A DNA stretch of 35,526 bases. Origin: Promethearchaeota archaeon. Its GTDB lineage: Archaea; Asgardarchaeota; Hermodarchaeia; Hermodarchaeales; Hermodarchaeaceae. The DNA lies in NCBI GenBank assembly GCA_048939245.1, contig JBHLPR010000022.1, forward strand, positions 1 to 35,526, written 5' to 3'. The notes below the pieces were generated by a model that worked only from the letters and a program-made list of their open reading frames with translations, was not told the origin of the DNA and did no database searches. The translations under genes and the position numbers were made by a program. Below, piece by piece: positions 1 through 9,500 of this stretch (positions are counted from its first letter, which is position 1; each line of letters starts with the position of its first letter).

Positions 1-2
1 CT

Positions 3-224
3 GCTAACATTCCCATTCTCCTTGTGGGAACAAAGTGTGATGCAGGGAATAAAAATACTGATTTAGCAGTTGATTATACGCAAGTCAACAATCTAGCAGG
101 ATACCTCGAGACAAGTTCTAAAGAGGACAGGAATGTAAGTGAAACATTTGAAACCATTGCTAATCTTATGTGGACCCGGTTAACCACTTCGGAACCCCAA
201 TCGCTGATGACTCCCGCATTCTAA
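3..224 (+). CDS. Ras-superfamily (Rab-like) small GTPase, C-terminal part (5' truncated by the window edge)
   Basis: The frame is open from base 3: ANIPILLVGTKCD (G4, N/TKxD) and YLETSSKEDRNVSETF (G5, ETSAK-like). There is no C-terminal CAAX. Confidence 0.85.
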   Translation, partial: ANIPILLVGTKCDAGNKNTDLAVDYTQVNNLAGYLETSSKEDRNVSETFETIANLMWTRLTTSEPQSLMTPAF

Positions 225-265
225 AGTAGACAGGAAATTCCCGTAATTATTTCTCTTTGTTCTTC

Positions 266-2086
266 TTATTTTTCATAAACCTGGTTTAAGAAGAATTCAA
301 CCGCTTTTCCATATTGCTTCTGCAAATGATCGATTCTTTGAGCTCCATGGCCCGCTTCGGCTTCTACGTAGATATCCACTGGTTTATTTAGTGATATTGC
401 CTTGCCAACAAAGGTATAGATGGGCTCAACAGGACATCGTGAATCATTGGCACGATGAATAATAAAGAGTGGTTCCTGCAGCTGATCTACATAATTAATT
501 GCAGAACGATCTTGGTAGAGTTCCGTGTTTTCTTCAGGTTTTCCAAAGAAGTGCTCTGTGAAGACTTTGAAAACCGCATCACCTAGACGGTGCATTTCAA
601 ACCAATCAGTGATACCCACAATTGCTACTCCCGCATCAAACATTCCAGGATATTTAGTCAATCCAAGGAAGGTTGCAAATCCGCCGTAGCTAGCCCCCGT
701 AAGAAATATCTTCTTACAATTCAGAAACTTCTTTTTCAAATAGTTGCGAGCCGCTAAGATATCCTCTAGGTCTGCTCCACCCAGATCCAAAATATTGGCT
801 TCCAAGAATTCTCTTCCATACCCCGTACTTCCCCGGATATTGGGACAAAACACACGAAAGCCAGAAGCTGCATAGATTTGAATTACAACTCCCATTGATG
901 CCCAATCTTGAGAGAATTCCCAGGATGGACCTCCATGGATCAGGATAATGATTGGGTCACCTGGTAATTTCGGGGCATCTTCATGAGGCGGAAACTCGAA
1001 GGCAGGAATCGACCATTCCTTAAACCCAGGATACCAGCCAAATTCGCCATAAGATAAGCTTGTAACACCTTTTGGTTTGGAATCCGCTAACACCCTAAAT
1101 TTGCTTTCTGTTGGTAGATACTCACCAACTTGGGTGGGTGTATCAGAGCTAGACCACGAAAGAAAAATCTCTCCAGTTTTCGCAATACGAATCGCGCTAA
1201 CCCACCCAGATTCTAAAGGTAATTCGATTGGGGGTGTGGATCCATCGAGTGGTTCACGATATAATTGTGTTTTTCCTTCTTTCTTCGCTGCATAGAGAAT
1301 GTCCTTGGTCTTAGGGATCGCTTTCACATCCACGTAATCTAGCGCTAGTCCCAGTTCCGTAGCTTGAAGATAGTGGATATCCTGGCTTCTTCGATTCCAC
1401 ACGGCTAAAGTCGGCTCACCTGGAGCATTAGTAGAAATGACCAGATTCTCGCCCCTTTCATCCCATACCCAATGAGTATTTTGACTCTCTTCAGATACAA
1501 ATATGGTATCAACCAATTCATCGTTGTGATAATCAAACGTTTTAACGAGCATAGCTGTACGAGAACCCTCGCGATACTCCGACCACGCTATCAGTGGTCT
1601 CTTCGGATTCACAGGGCCAATTTCACCAAATTGCATCGTTTGATAGACTTGGGAAATCGCGTTCTCCGAGACATCATATTTCCATATTCCCAAGGTTTCT
1701 GGTGTAGAGGCTTCGAATAGGATGAAATTATCTGGTGTCCACTTCGTGTATCCTACTCGCATCGAATCCAGCGCTTGAAGTAACGTGGTTTTACCCTTTA
1801 TGAAATCATACAAGTACAAGTGATGTTTTTCACTGCCTCCAGACGCCATCGGAAACAAAAACTGTGAACCATCTTTTGATAGCGTACCACTTACAACACG
1901 ATCTTCTCCTGATGTCACCTGGACCCAAGTTTTAGGCGTTTCAAGAGGAAGCTTGTAAACATGATGAACATTATCCTTATTACTCACAAGGAGCAAAAAC
2001 TTCCCATCGGGGGCCACATCTAACAAAGTTAAATCTGGAATTTCAAAAATCTTCGCAGCTTTTTTTCTCAGCGATTCCATTACCAA
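266..2086 (-). CDS. S9 family peptidase (acylaminoacyl/dipeptidyl peptidase)
   Basis: N-terminal propeller-like region, HGGP, RGSTGYG, GASYGG nucleophile, NDSRC Asp and GHG His. GGTGAGG SD lies upstream; the start may be the ATG at 2080. Confidence 0.92.
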   Translation of the reverse strand: MVMESLRKKAAKIFEIPDLTLLDVAPDGKFLLLVSNKDNVHHVYKLPLETPKTWVQVTSGEDRVVSGTLSKDGSQFLFPMASGGSEKHHLYLYDFIKGKTTLLQALDSMRVGYTKWTPDNFILFEASTPETLGIWKYDVSENAISQVYQTMQFGEIGPVNPKRPLIAWSEYREGSRTAMLVKTFDYHNDELVDTIFVSEESQNTHWVWDERGENLVISTNAPGEPTLAVWNRRSQDIHYLQATELGLALDYVDVKAIPKTKDILYAAKKEGKTQLYREPLDGSTPPIELPLESGWVSAIRIAKTGEIFLSWSSSDTPTQVGEYLPTESKFRVLADSKPKGVTSLSYGEFGWYPGFKEWSIPAFEFPPHEDAPKLPGDPIIILIHGGPSWEFSQDWASMGVVIQIYAASGFRVFCPNIRGSTGYGREFLEANILDLGGADLEDILAARNYLKKKFLNCKKIFLTGASYGGFATFLGLTKYPGMFDAGVAIVGITDWFEMHRLGDAVFKVFTEHFFGKPEENTELYQDRSAINYVDQLQEPLFIIHRANDSRCPVEPIYTFVGKAISLNKPVDIYVEAEAGHGAQRIDHLQKQYGKAVEFFLNQVYEK

Positions 2087-2270
2087 ACCTCACCAAACAA
2101 GTACTAATCCTATCTATGCCATCTTCTATCTGAAATATTTAATCAAAGTCATTTTTTTCACTCAACCTACTCCGGGTAAACCTCGAAGAAGAGAAATACA
2201 CTTAACTATCTCCCCCGAACAATTCAAACCCCAACTGGAGGGGAATTACACTTTATCGAGATGCAAATAC

Positions 2271-3632
2271 ATGACCAAAGCAGAACGACCACCAACCAAA
2301 GAAGAACTTCTCGAAAAAGCCAAACAACCGGCTAAAGAAGCGATGCAACTCCACCCATATTATAAAGGGAAAATCCAGACCATCCCCAAATGCACTATTC
2401 GGGGCTTTGAAGATTTTGCCATCTGGTATACTCCCGGTGTCGCTGCACCCTGCCGTGACATCCAAGCTAGCCCCGAAAAAGTTTGGGACCATACCAATAA
2501 AGCCAACTCAATAGCCGTAGTAACCGACGGAAGCCGGGTTCTCGGTCTGGGTAACATTGGTCCTGAAGCGGCCATGCCCGTGATGGAAGGAAAGGCACTG
2601 ATTTTCAAATATTTAGGTGGTGTCGATGCGGTACCAATCTGTTTGAATACTCAAGACCCTGAAAATTTTATTCGGGCGACAAAACTTCTTCAACCCAGCT
2701 TCGGTGGTATCAATCTCGAAGATATCTCTAAACCCAAATGTTTCAATATCTTACATCGTCTCAGAACGGACATGACTATTCCTGTCTGGCATGATGATGC
2801 ACAGGGAACCGCCGCAATTATCTTAGCAGGACTCCTTGGTGCCTTACGGTTTGTCGGAAAAGAAATTAATCAAGTTCAAATTGCTATGCTCGGAGTGGGG
2901 GCGGCAAATACCACAACCGCTGAAATTCTTATGGAGGCCGGTGTGCCTGCAGGAAACCTCATTCTTTGTGATCGTCATGGACTCTTGTATAAGGATCGCG
3001 AAGATATGAAGGTCATGAAGGATGAGGAACATGAAAAGTATGATCTCGCGATTCTGACTAACGCCGAACAACGTACCGGGAATTTTGGTGACGCTCTTCG
3101 TGGTGCCGATGTGTGTATATCGGCTTCATCGCCACAACCTGGGCTCATCAAGAAAGAATGGGTTGAACAAATGGCCTCAGATGCAATTGTATTTGCTTGT
3201 GCAAACCCTCTACCAGAAATTTGGCCTTGGGAAGCTAAAGAGGCGGGAGCAAAGGTTGTGGGCACCGGGCGATCCGATTTCGATAACCAAATAAACAACA
3301 GTTTAGGATTTCCCGCAATCTTTCGCGGAGCACTAGATGTTCGTGCGACCACGATCACCGATGAAATGTGTATTGCTGCGGCTAATGCACTTGCTGACAT
3401 TGCTGAAGAACGTGGCCTTCGTGAAGAATATGTGATTCCCAGTATGCATGAATGGGAACTTTATCCCCGTGAAGCCACAGCAGTAGGTATGAAGGCCATC
3501 GAACAAGGGGTGGCCCGAAAAGAATGGGAAACAGAAGAGCTCCTCAAGCATGCCACGAAAATCATTAAACGGTCTATTGATGTGACGCAATCACTGATGG
3601 ATAATGGATTCATACCCAAAGCACCAATCTAG
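2271..3632 (+). CDS. NAD(P)-dependent malic enzyme
   Basis: YTPGVA, VTDGSRVLGLGNIG, PVMEGKA, INLEDI, HDDAQGT, GVGAA, ANPLPEI and NQINN motifs. Confidence 0.96.
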   Translation: MTKAERPPTKEELLEKAKQPAKEAMQLHPYYKGKIQTIPKCTIRGFEDFAIWYTPGVAAPCRDIQASPEKVWDHTNKANSIAVVTDGSRVLGLGNIGPEAAMPVMEGKALIFKYLGGVDAVPICLNTQDPENFIRATKLLQPSFGGINLEDISKPKCFNILHRLRTDMTIPVWHDDAQGTAAIILAGLLGALRFVGKEINQVQIAMLGVGAANTTTAEILMEAGVPAGNLILCDRHGLLYKDREDMKVMKDEEHEKYDLAILTNAEQRTGNFGDALRGADVCISASSPQPGLIKKEWVEQMASDAIVFACANPLPEIWPWEAKEAGAKVVGTGRSDFDNQINNSLGFPAIFRGALDVRATTITDEMCIAAANALADIAEERGLREEYVIPSMHEWELYPREATAVGMKAIEQGVARKEWETEELLKHATKIIKRSIDVTQSLMDNGFIPKAPI

Positions 3633-3761
3633 CCTGGTGGGTGCTTTTCTATCCTTTTTTTAGTTGAAAATCTATGGATTCTAAAAGGGTAAACCTTTAA
3701 CTCTGAGACTCCTTTTCAGGCAATATTATCTTTGAAAGTTCATGGGAGAAATTTCTGAGCG

Positions 3762-4439
3762 ATGATTATAGTATCTGATCTAGATGGAACCCTTATCGAT
3801 GTTCGAGACCGGTTCATCCACGCCCAAATTAACGCATTAGCGGATTTTGGATACACGGTGACAGTTGAACAGATTAACCCCCTTGTTGAATTCACTATGG
3901 ATTATGATCAGTTCCTGGGCGGATTGGACATCTCCCTTTCTCAGGATGAATTAATCCAATATTTCCCCCGAATCGAACAAGAATTTTACAAAGGTTGGCA
4001 ACATTCCTTTGTATTTCCAGGCGTTATTGAGGCTTTGAACGCAATTCGACCACGCGTTGACACCTTACGGCTAATCACGTCACGGGCATGGGTCGAAGAG
4101 ACAAGACAAGAAGTCAAATATTTTGGGCTAGACCAGGTTTTTAATTGTCACGTCTATACACGTGGAGACTTGGCTCGTTCAGAGGGAGTTGAGGAAGTCC
4201 CCTTATACCCTTTTTTGGACCATCGCCAACGATTAATTCAACTTGCTATCGCAGATGTAAATTACCAGGACGACGAAGTATTGATTCTTGGCGATTCTCC
4301 CAATGAAATGCAAGCGGCACAGGAGCTTGGCTTCACCCCAGTAGGCGTATTAACTGGATTTTACACCATAAAAGCCTTGCAACCTTTCTGTACTCATATC
4401 ATCGACTCCGTAGCCGAAATTGAGACACTTCTCAAGTAA
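3762..4439 (+). CDS. HAD-superfamily hydrolase (phosphoglycolate phosphatase-like), paralog 1
   Basis: DLDGTL motif I, ITSR motif II, GDS motif IV. Confidence 0.88.
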   Translation: MIIVSDLDGTLIDVRDRFIHAQINALADFGYTVTVEQINPLVEFTMDYDQFLGGLDISLSQDELIQYFPRIEQEFYKGWQHSFVFPGVIEALNAIRPRVDTLRLITSRAWVEETRQEVKYFGLDQVFNCHVYTRGDLARSEGVEEVPLYPFLDHRQRLIQLAIADVNYQDDEVLILGDSPNEMQAAQELGFTPVGVLTGFYTIKALQPFCTHIIDSVAEIETLLK

Positions 4440-4499
4440 AAGGTAAAAGACCATAGTCAACCTTATAACCGAACTAATCCTCAATTCTTCTCATCTACA

Positions 4500-5177
4500 A
4501 TGAAGTTGAAGGCTTTCTTATCTGATCTTGATGGTACTCTCATTGATACCCGGGAAAGAGCGATACATGCTCACTCCAACGGATTACATGCCGTTGGATA
4601 CGCTGTGCTTCCTACGCAAATCCGCTCATTATACTACTACTCCTTTGATACCCGGGACTTGCTCAATCGGTTGAACATACAGCTCTCTAAGTCTGAATAC
4701 ATGAAATATCTCTCAGGGTTCCGAGAATACTTCTTCTCTGCTATCCACCACTCACGAGTCTTTCCAGCCACGATACACGCCCTAAAACATCTTCGACCGC
4801 TCACCGAACATATGCGCATAATCACTTCACGACAAGATAGTCACCAGGCACGACAAGAAATCAAGCATTTTGGGCTGGATTCATGGTTTGAAGATATTGT
4901 CACACGAGGAGACTTAGCTACTGCTGAAGGTCAAGACCGGATTCCCCTTTTTCCATTTGTACCACACCGTCAGCGATTAATCAAGTTGGCACTCAAAGAT
5001 GTCAAAACTGAAGGTGATGTATGGGTAGTTGGCGATTCAAAAGGGGAACTGGAAGCTGCGAAAAGCCTTGGTTATGTCACCATCGGTGTTCTCACCGGGT
5101 TTGGCACCATTGATGATTTAACTCCCGTTGCTACCCATGTAATCAATTCAATTGCAGAGATTGTGCACCTTATCTAG
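4500..5177 (+). CDS. HAD-superfamily hydrolase, paralog 2
   Basis: DLDGTL, ITSR, VGDS. Same length (225 aa) as the upstream gene and colinear with it. Confidence 0.88.
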   Translation: MKLKAFLSDLDGTLIDTRERAIHAHSNGLHAVGYAVLPTQIRSLYYYSFDTRDLLNRLNIQLSKSEYMKYLSGFREYFFSAIHHSRVFPATIHALKHLRPLTEHMRIITSRQDSHQARQEIKHFGLDSWFEDIVTRGDLATAEGQDRIPLFPFVPHRQRLIKLALKDVKTEGDVWVVGDSKGELEAAKSLGYVTIGVLTGFGTIDDLTPVATHVINSIAEIVHLI

Positions 5178-5201
5178 CTTGCCGAAAGAAGGAAAGTAGT
5201 C

Positions 5202-6671
5202 ATGAGCCCTTCCTCTCCTCCCCCACATTCACAGGATAACATTTCCGATACTCGCCGATTTGAACCACGGCAGTATCAAGAACATATCCTTCAACGAATC
5301 AAGGACAATTGGGAACACAATATTTTGGTGGAACTGGACTGCGGACTTGGGAAACGTGTTATCACCTTCAAATTGGTGACGGAATATTTTCCGGAGACGC
5401 GATTCATCATCACTGTGAATTCTTCTTCCTCGCTTCAAGAAACTGCGCAATACCTTGAAGAAGAGTATGGAGGTGTTGATGGGTTAGGGGTCCTTTCTCC
5501 CCGTATTCAGGGGCGTCGTCGTCAACAACTTCTTCATGACTCCCGAGTTGTGCTCTGTACGCCACGTGTGCTAGCTAATATCCTCAAAAAGGGAGGTTTT
5601 TCGAGCTCAGATTTTGAGGGACTCTTAATTAATGAGGTGGATACGCTTCTTCGACGGGTAGGAGATACTCGAGTTCTCATTCAACCTTGGAGTTATTTGC
5701 TAGAGTTTTTCAAAGAAAATTGGATTATCGGGCTTAGTGGAACACTCCGAGATGACCATGTAGTATTCAACCAAGCTCAACTCCAGATTCGTGACGAACT
5801 TCAAACACTTGCTAACTTTCTACCCAACGTTGAACTCATTAGCATGGATGAACTCATAGACACCGATTTGGATCAATATATCAAACACACTATCCTCGAT
5901 GTCATCCCTGTCGAAGATTCCGTCATACGCGCAACTTCGCTTGTCGTCGATGAACTAATCCAATCTACTCGCGATCAAATTTATCAAATGGTCCGAGAAA
6001 ACTCAGAGCAAAGTATCAGAGAACTCCCAGAATCCACTCGCATGCTACATTTGATGCTCCATGAACTCCCCATCCCCGAAGAGCTCGCCCAGCAATATAG
6101 TGGACTCCTCATGACCCGAAAATATCTTTACGGTATGGCCTCCAAGAGCTTTCGCCGATATCTTCATCATCCCACGATCAAATCCCAGATTGATATTAAC
6201 CGCATGATGCAAGACTGGCCAAAAGTTACCCCTAAATCTCTGAAAGCTCGAGACCTAGCATTGAAGGCGAAAAGAACTATCATCCTCTCCTCATATCTCA
6301 ATGTCGTGAGCGAAATCGAAGGACTGCTACAGGAGAAAGGCGTTCACACTTTCCAGCTTACTGGACGAACTCCAGACAAACAAGCTGTTTTAGCCGATTT
6401 CAAACACGCTAAAACTCCAGCGGCTGTGATTCTCTCGCCAGTCGGTGAACGAGATCTCGACTTGCCCGATGCTGATCTTCTTATTATCTGTGATACTGTA
6501 AATACGGTGAAGACGATTTACCAGAAAATGAAACGCAGCCGGGGTGGACGAGTTAGCTTTCTAGTCTATGCAAATACATCCGAAGTCGGAAAGTTACGAC
6601 GTCTCCTAAATAACATTATGGACCGATATCCTTGGTCCACCCGATATGGCAATACAAGCGCCTTGTACTAA
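5202..6671 (+). CDS. Hef/FANCM/Mph1-like SF2 helicase with degenerate ATPase motifs and no ERCC4 nuclease domain
   Basis: EPRQYQ, NILVELDCGLGKR (cf. LPTGLGKT), CTPR, INEVD (cf. DEAH), GLSGT, GERDLDLP, QKMKRSRGG (cf. QRxGRxGR). Confidence 0.75.
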   Translation: MSPSSPPPHSQDNISDTRRFEPRQYQEHILQRIKDNWEHNILVELDCGLGKRVITFKLVTEYFPETRFIITVNSSSSLQETAQYLEEEYGGVDGLGVLSPRIQGRRRQQLLHDSRVVLCTPRVLANILKKGGFSSSDFEGLLINEVDTLLRRVGDTRVLIQPWSYLLEFFKENWIIGLSGTLRDDHVVFNQAQLQIRDELQTLANFLPNVELISMDELIDTDLDQYIKHTILDVIPVEDSVIRATSLVVDELIQSTRDQIYQMVRENSEQSIRELPESTRMLHLMLHELPIPEELAQQYSGLLMTRKYLYGMASKSFRRYLHHPTIKSQIDINRMMQDWPKVTPKSLKARDLALKAKRTIILSSYLNVVSEIEGLLQEKGVHTFQLTGRTPDKQAVLADFKHAKTPAAVILSPVGERDLDLPDADLLIICDTVNTVKTIYQKMKRSRGGRVSFLVYANTSEVGKLRRLLNNIMDRYPWSTRYGNTSALY

Positions 6672-6711
6672 ACTCAATCAGCTTCTTTTTGAACCTATCT
6701 TCAGATGGATG

Positions 6712-7263
6712 TTAATTCGTGAGCCATCGATACCACACTGCGATACTGACAAGACTAACAAACATTGAAAGGAAGACAGTTGAAATGGCAATGCCCCAAA
6801 GTACGGAAATCGTCTCTGGAAGATACAATGGGTTTTGAGGAAAGGGTGGCATGGAAATCTCAGCTATACTAAACAGGGTTGGCATAAAGAAAAACCACTG
6901 CGTCCATAATGCCACCATCACAACTGTTACAGCTGTACTCAGCAGAAACCACCGTAAATGATGCGGTTGGTTTGCTGGATGTGATGCCACACTAATCAAC
7001 AGCATAGAAAGCCACGGACCAAACAGGGATGTGACAACAATCATTGATGACTGAAAACTAAGAAGAACCCCGATGAGATGAACCACTATGCTTTCAGGAG
7101 GCAGAGTGGTATTTTGCAGAATCGATACAGCACTCAAGGCTTCAACGAGAAACACAAAAGCAACAATCAAGATAACCGTTACAGCAGCTGAGAATAATAG
7201 AAACAGAATTCGCCAGTACAACCTCCGTCCAGGATATACTGAAAAATCATATGTAAATGCCAA
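6712..7263 (-). CDS. Hypothetical membrane protein with about 4 TM segments (paralog A)
   Basis: Four hydrophobic segments. Shares YPG...WR, W.SM......HP and a C-terminal VW..WL with the neighbouring gene. Confidence 0.75.
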   Translation of the reverse strand: MAFTYDFSVYPGRRLYWRILFLLFSAAVTVILIVAFVFLVEALSAVSILQNTTLPPESIVVHLIGVLLSFQSSMIVVTSLFGPWLSMLLISVASHPANQPHHLRWFLLSTAVTVVMVALWTQWFFFMPTLFSIAEISMPPFPQNPLYLPETISVLWGIAISTVFLSMFVSLVSIAVWYRWLTN

Positions 7264-7363
7264 AGAAGCTCCCTCGTTTACAAAACGGAGGCTTTCGTAT
7301 TAAAATGCACGGATAGGGATGACTTGAATCGTTTTTCTTGTGTGTGATTCTCTAATTATGGAT

Positions 7364-7864
7364 CTACTTCAAAGGTCTAGGGTTGAGCCACTTCCACCAC
7401 ACGACAATGCTTTGTATGGCAATGAAGAATCCAATAATTGTAAAAATAATTGAGTTCGCTACTAAGATATTCAAAATGCCCCAATCTGGGGGAGGCATCA
7501 AATTAGCCCAATGGAAGTACTGTATGAATTCTCCCCAACAAAGACTAACAAACGTGGCAACTAACAATCCGTTAGTCACCCATTCGCCATATTTGGGGTG
7601 TTTTGGGTGAGTGCATCCAAAGACTACAATCATGCTATACCAAGCACCAATAAGCACTGTAATTGACACGATTAATATGAAGTTAAAGAACGAGTTGGGG
7701 CTTGCCAACCACCAAACGGATTGCAGCATGGCTTGTCTGACCAATTCAAACAGAACGAGTTGACTCACAAATAAGCTGATGATAGCAATTGTCAGAATTA
7801 TGAATCCTACTCGCCAGACACGATTAAAACCAGGATATAACTCTACTATTCGATCCATGCCCAA
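7364..7864 (-). CDS. Hypothetical membrane protein with about 4 TM segments (paralog B)
   Basis: Four hydrophobic segments; motifs shared with 6712-7263. Confidence 0.75.
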   Translation of the reverse strand: MGMDRIVELYPGFNRVWRVGFIILTIAIISLFVSQLVLFELVRQAMLQSVWWLASPNSFFNFILIVSITVLIGAWYSMIVVFGCTHPKHPKYGEWVTNGLLVATFVSLCWGEFIQYFHWANLMPPPDWGILNILVANSIIFTIIGFFIAIQSIVVWWKWLNPRPLK

Positions 7865-7981
7865 ACAACTCCGAACCTCGGGGTCAGTTACTAGTGTGTC
7901 CTATCTAGCATGACTCCAATTATATCTCTGTATTACAAGGATTTAACAATTCAAAACAATGTTGGAACATGTGAATCACGC

Positions 7982-8614
7982 ATGGTCGAACAAGAAATTC
8001 AATCGAATGAAGAACAATCACGGATTCCACCGGTCTTTCCTGTGTATATCTTCGAGAGGACTTGCAAAGAGATATTCAACTACTGCCTTGATGCAGCTTT
8101 AGGTCCCTCACGACGGGAAGCCTTAGGCGTCATCCTGGGCTTTCGCCGAATCTGGAATGGAGAAAAATACATTCGGGTCACCGATTGGGCAACGGGACGT
8201 GTTGAAGCCAGTATTGCTCATGCACGATTCACACCTGAAGGCATTCTCGAATATCGACTTGCACTCCATGACCGGTACGGAAATAATCCTCATACTCCTC
8301 GGGTCGTAGGTCTTTGGCATTCACATCCGTTTGGAGGCAATCCTCACTTTTCCTCGACCGATTTGAACACATTCTTTAATACGCCCTTTTGTGCTGAAGG
8401 AAACGTGTTCTTTTTGATTGATCCAATAAGTGAGATTTTTAAAGTCTACATGCTCCGCGAACGCCTTGATGAGCCTGGTCTACAACTTGAACAAGTAAAA
8501 TGGTGTACGTATCGTCCCTCTGTTCCCCTTGGTAAACCTGAATCTCGCAAAGACTTGGTCGCACCTGAGGAGGTTGAACCCGGTAATGACGAGGAAAACG
8601 CCCACGCCGATTGA
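7982..8614 (+). CDS. JAB/MPN+ (JAMM) metalloprotease, putative Ubl maturase/deconjugase
   Basis: REALG Glu and WHSHPFGGNPHFSSTD (HxH...SxxD). The start is probably ATG 7982 (the ORF is open from 7910). Confidence 0.9.
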   Translation: MVEQEIQSNEEQSRIPPVFPVYIFERTCKEIFNYCLDAALGPSRREALGVILGFRRIWNGEKYIRVTDWATGRVEASIAHARFTPEGILEYRLALHDRYGNNPHTPRVVGLWHSHPFGGNPHFSSTDLNTFFNTPFCAEGNVFFLIDPISEIFKVYMLRERLDEPGLQLEQVKWCTYRPSVPLGKPESRKDLVAPEEVEPGNDEENAHAD

Positions 8615-9500
8615 TCTTCATTTCTTTGAGAAGGATCATCATGATCGAACTCGCCGCTGGTTAGGGGTCACCAATCTAGAAACAATTCGACAGTCTACAG
8701 TACTCATGATTGGGGCTGGCGCTGTGGGTAACGAGGTATGTAAGAATCTTGGGTTACTGGGTATTGGCAAAATTATTCTGGTCGATCCTGATAAGGTCGC
8801 GACCTCGAATTTGAATCGGTGTGTGTTCTTTCGACCTGAGGATCATGATGTGAAGTCCAAAGTCGATGCTGTGGCGGAACGACTCCCTGAACTAGCGACC
8901 GATACACGAATCGACCCTTATGCTATTCCTATTCAAGAAGCACCTGATAGTGTTTGGGATGTGGATCTCGTGCTCGTCGGGGTGGATAATCATTATGCAC
9001 GTTACTTGTTAAACGCCAAGAATCTCAGCTTAGATTCCCCTTTACCGTTGATTAATGGAGCTATGGGAAAAGATTTCGTTACCATTGATGTTCTGGCGCC
9101 ACCACACACAGCATGTCTAGTATGTTCTTGGAGTAAAGACTTTGTCGATGCTATTGTTGCGAATCAAGTGCGCACCCGCTGTGACCCTTTCTTCGTTGAT
9201 ACTCTGCCTCGCTTTCCCATGATTAGTTTCGTCACCTCGATTGTTGGCGCAGTGATGTCCTGGGAGGCGACCAAAGTGCTAGTAGGTCTACAACAATGGC
9301 GTAAAACAGGCAAATGGCAACAAGACTTGAAACCTGCTCTAGGGCGATACATCAAATACGACTTACAACGACATGAGACATCAACCGGAGCAATCCTGCC
9401 CAATCCCCGTTGCAGTGAGGCCTTCTGCCGTTCCAAACGAAAATATGCCCAATCTCTAAGAGGCTTGGAAACCCACGACCTGTCTCACCTTCCACGTTGA
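8586..9500 (+). CDS. ThiF/MoeB/UBA-family E1 activating enzyme
   Basis: GAGAVG, DPDKVATSNLNR, GVDN..AR, CLVC plus C-terminal CSEAFC Zn ligands, and a putative catalytic Cys in RTRCD. ATG 8586 overlaps the end of the JAB gene. Confidence 0.92.
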   Translation: MTRKTPTPIDLHFFEKDHHDRTRRWLGVTNLETIRQSTVLMIGAGAVGNEVCKNLGLLGIGKIILVDPDKVATSNLNRCVFFRPEDHDVKSKVDAVAERLPELATDTRIDPYAIPIQEAPDSVWDVDLVLVGVDNHYARYLLNAKNLSLDSPLPLINGAMGKDFVTIDVLAPPHTACLVCSWSKDFVDAIVANQVRTRCDPFFVDTLPRFPMISFVTSIVGAVMSWEATKVLVGLQQWRKTGKWQQDLKPALGRYIKYDLQRHETSTGAILPNPRCSEAFCRSKRKYAQSLRGLETHDLSHLPR

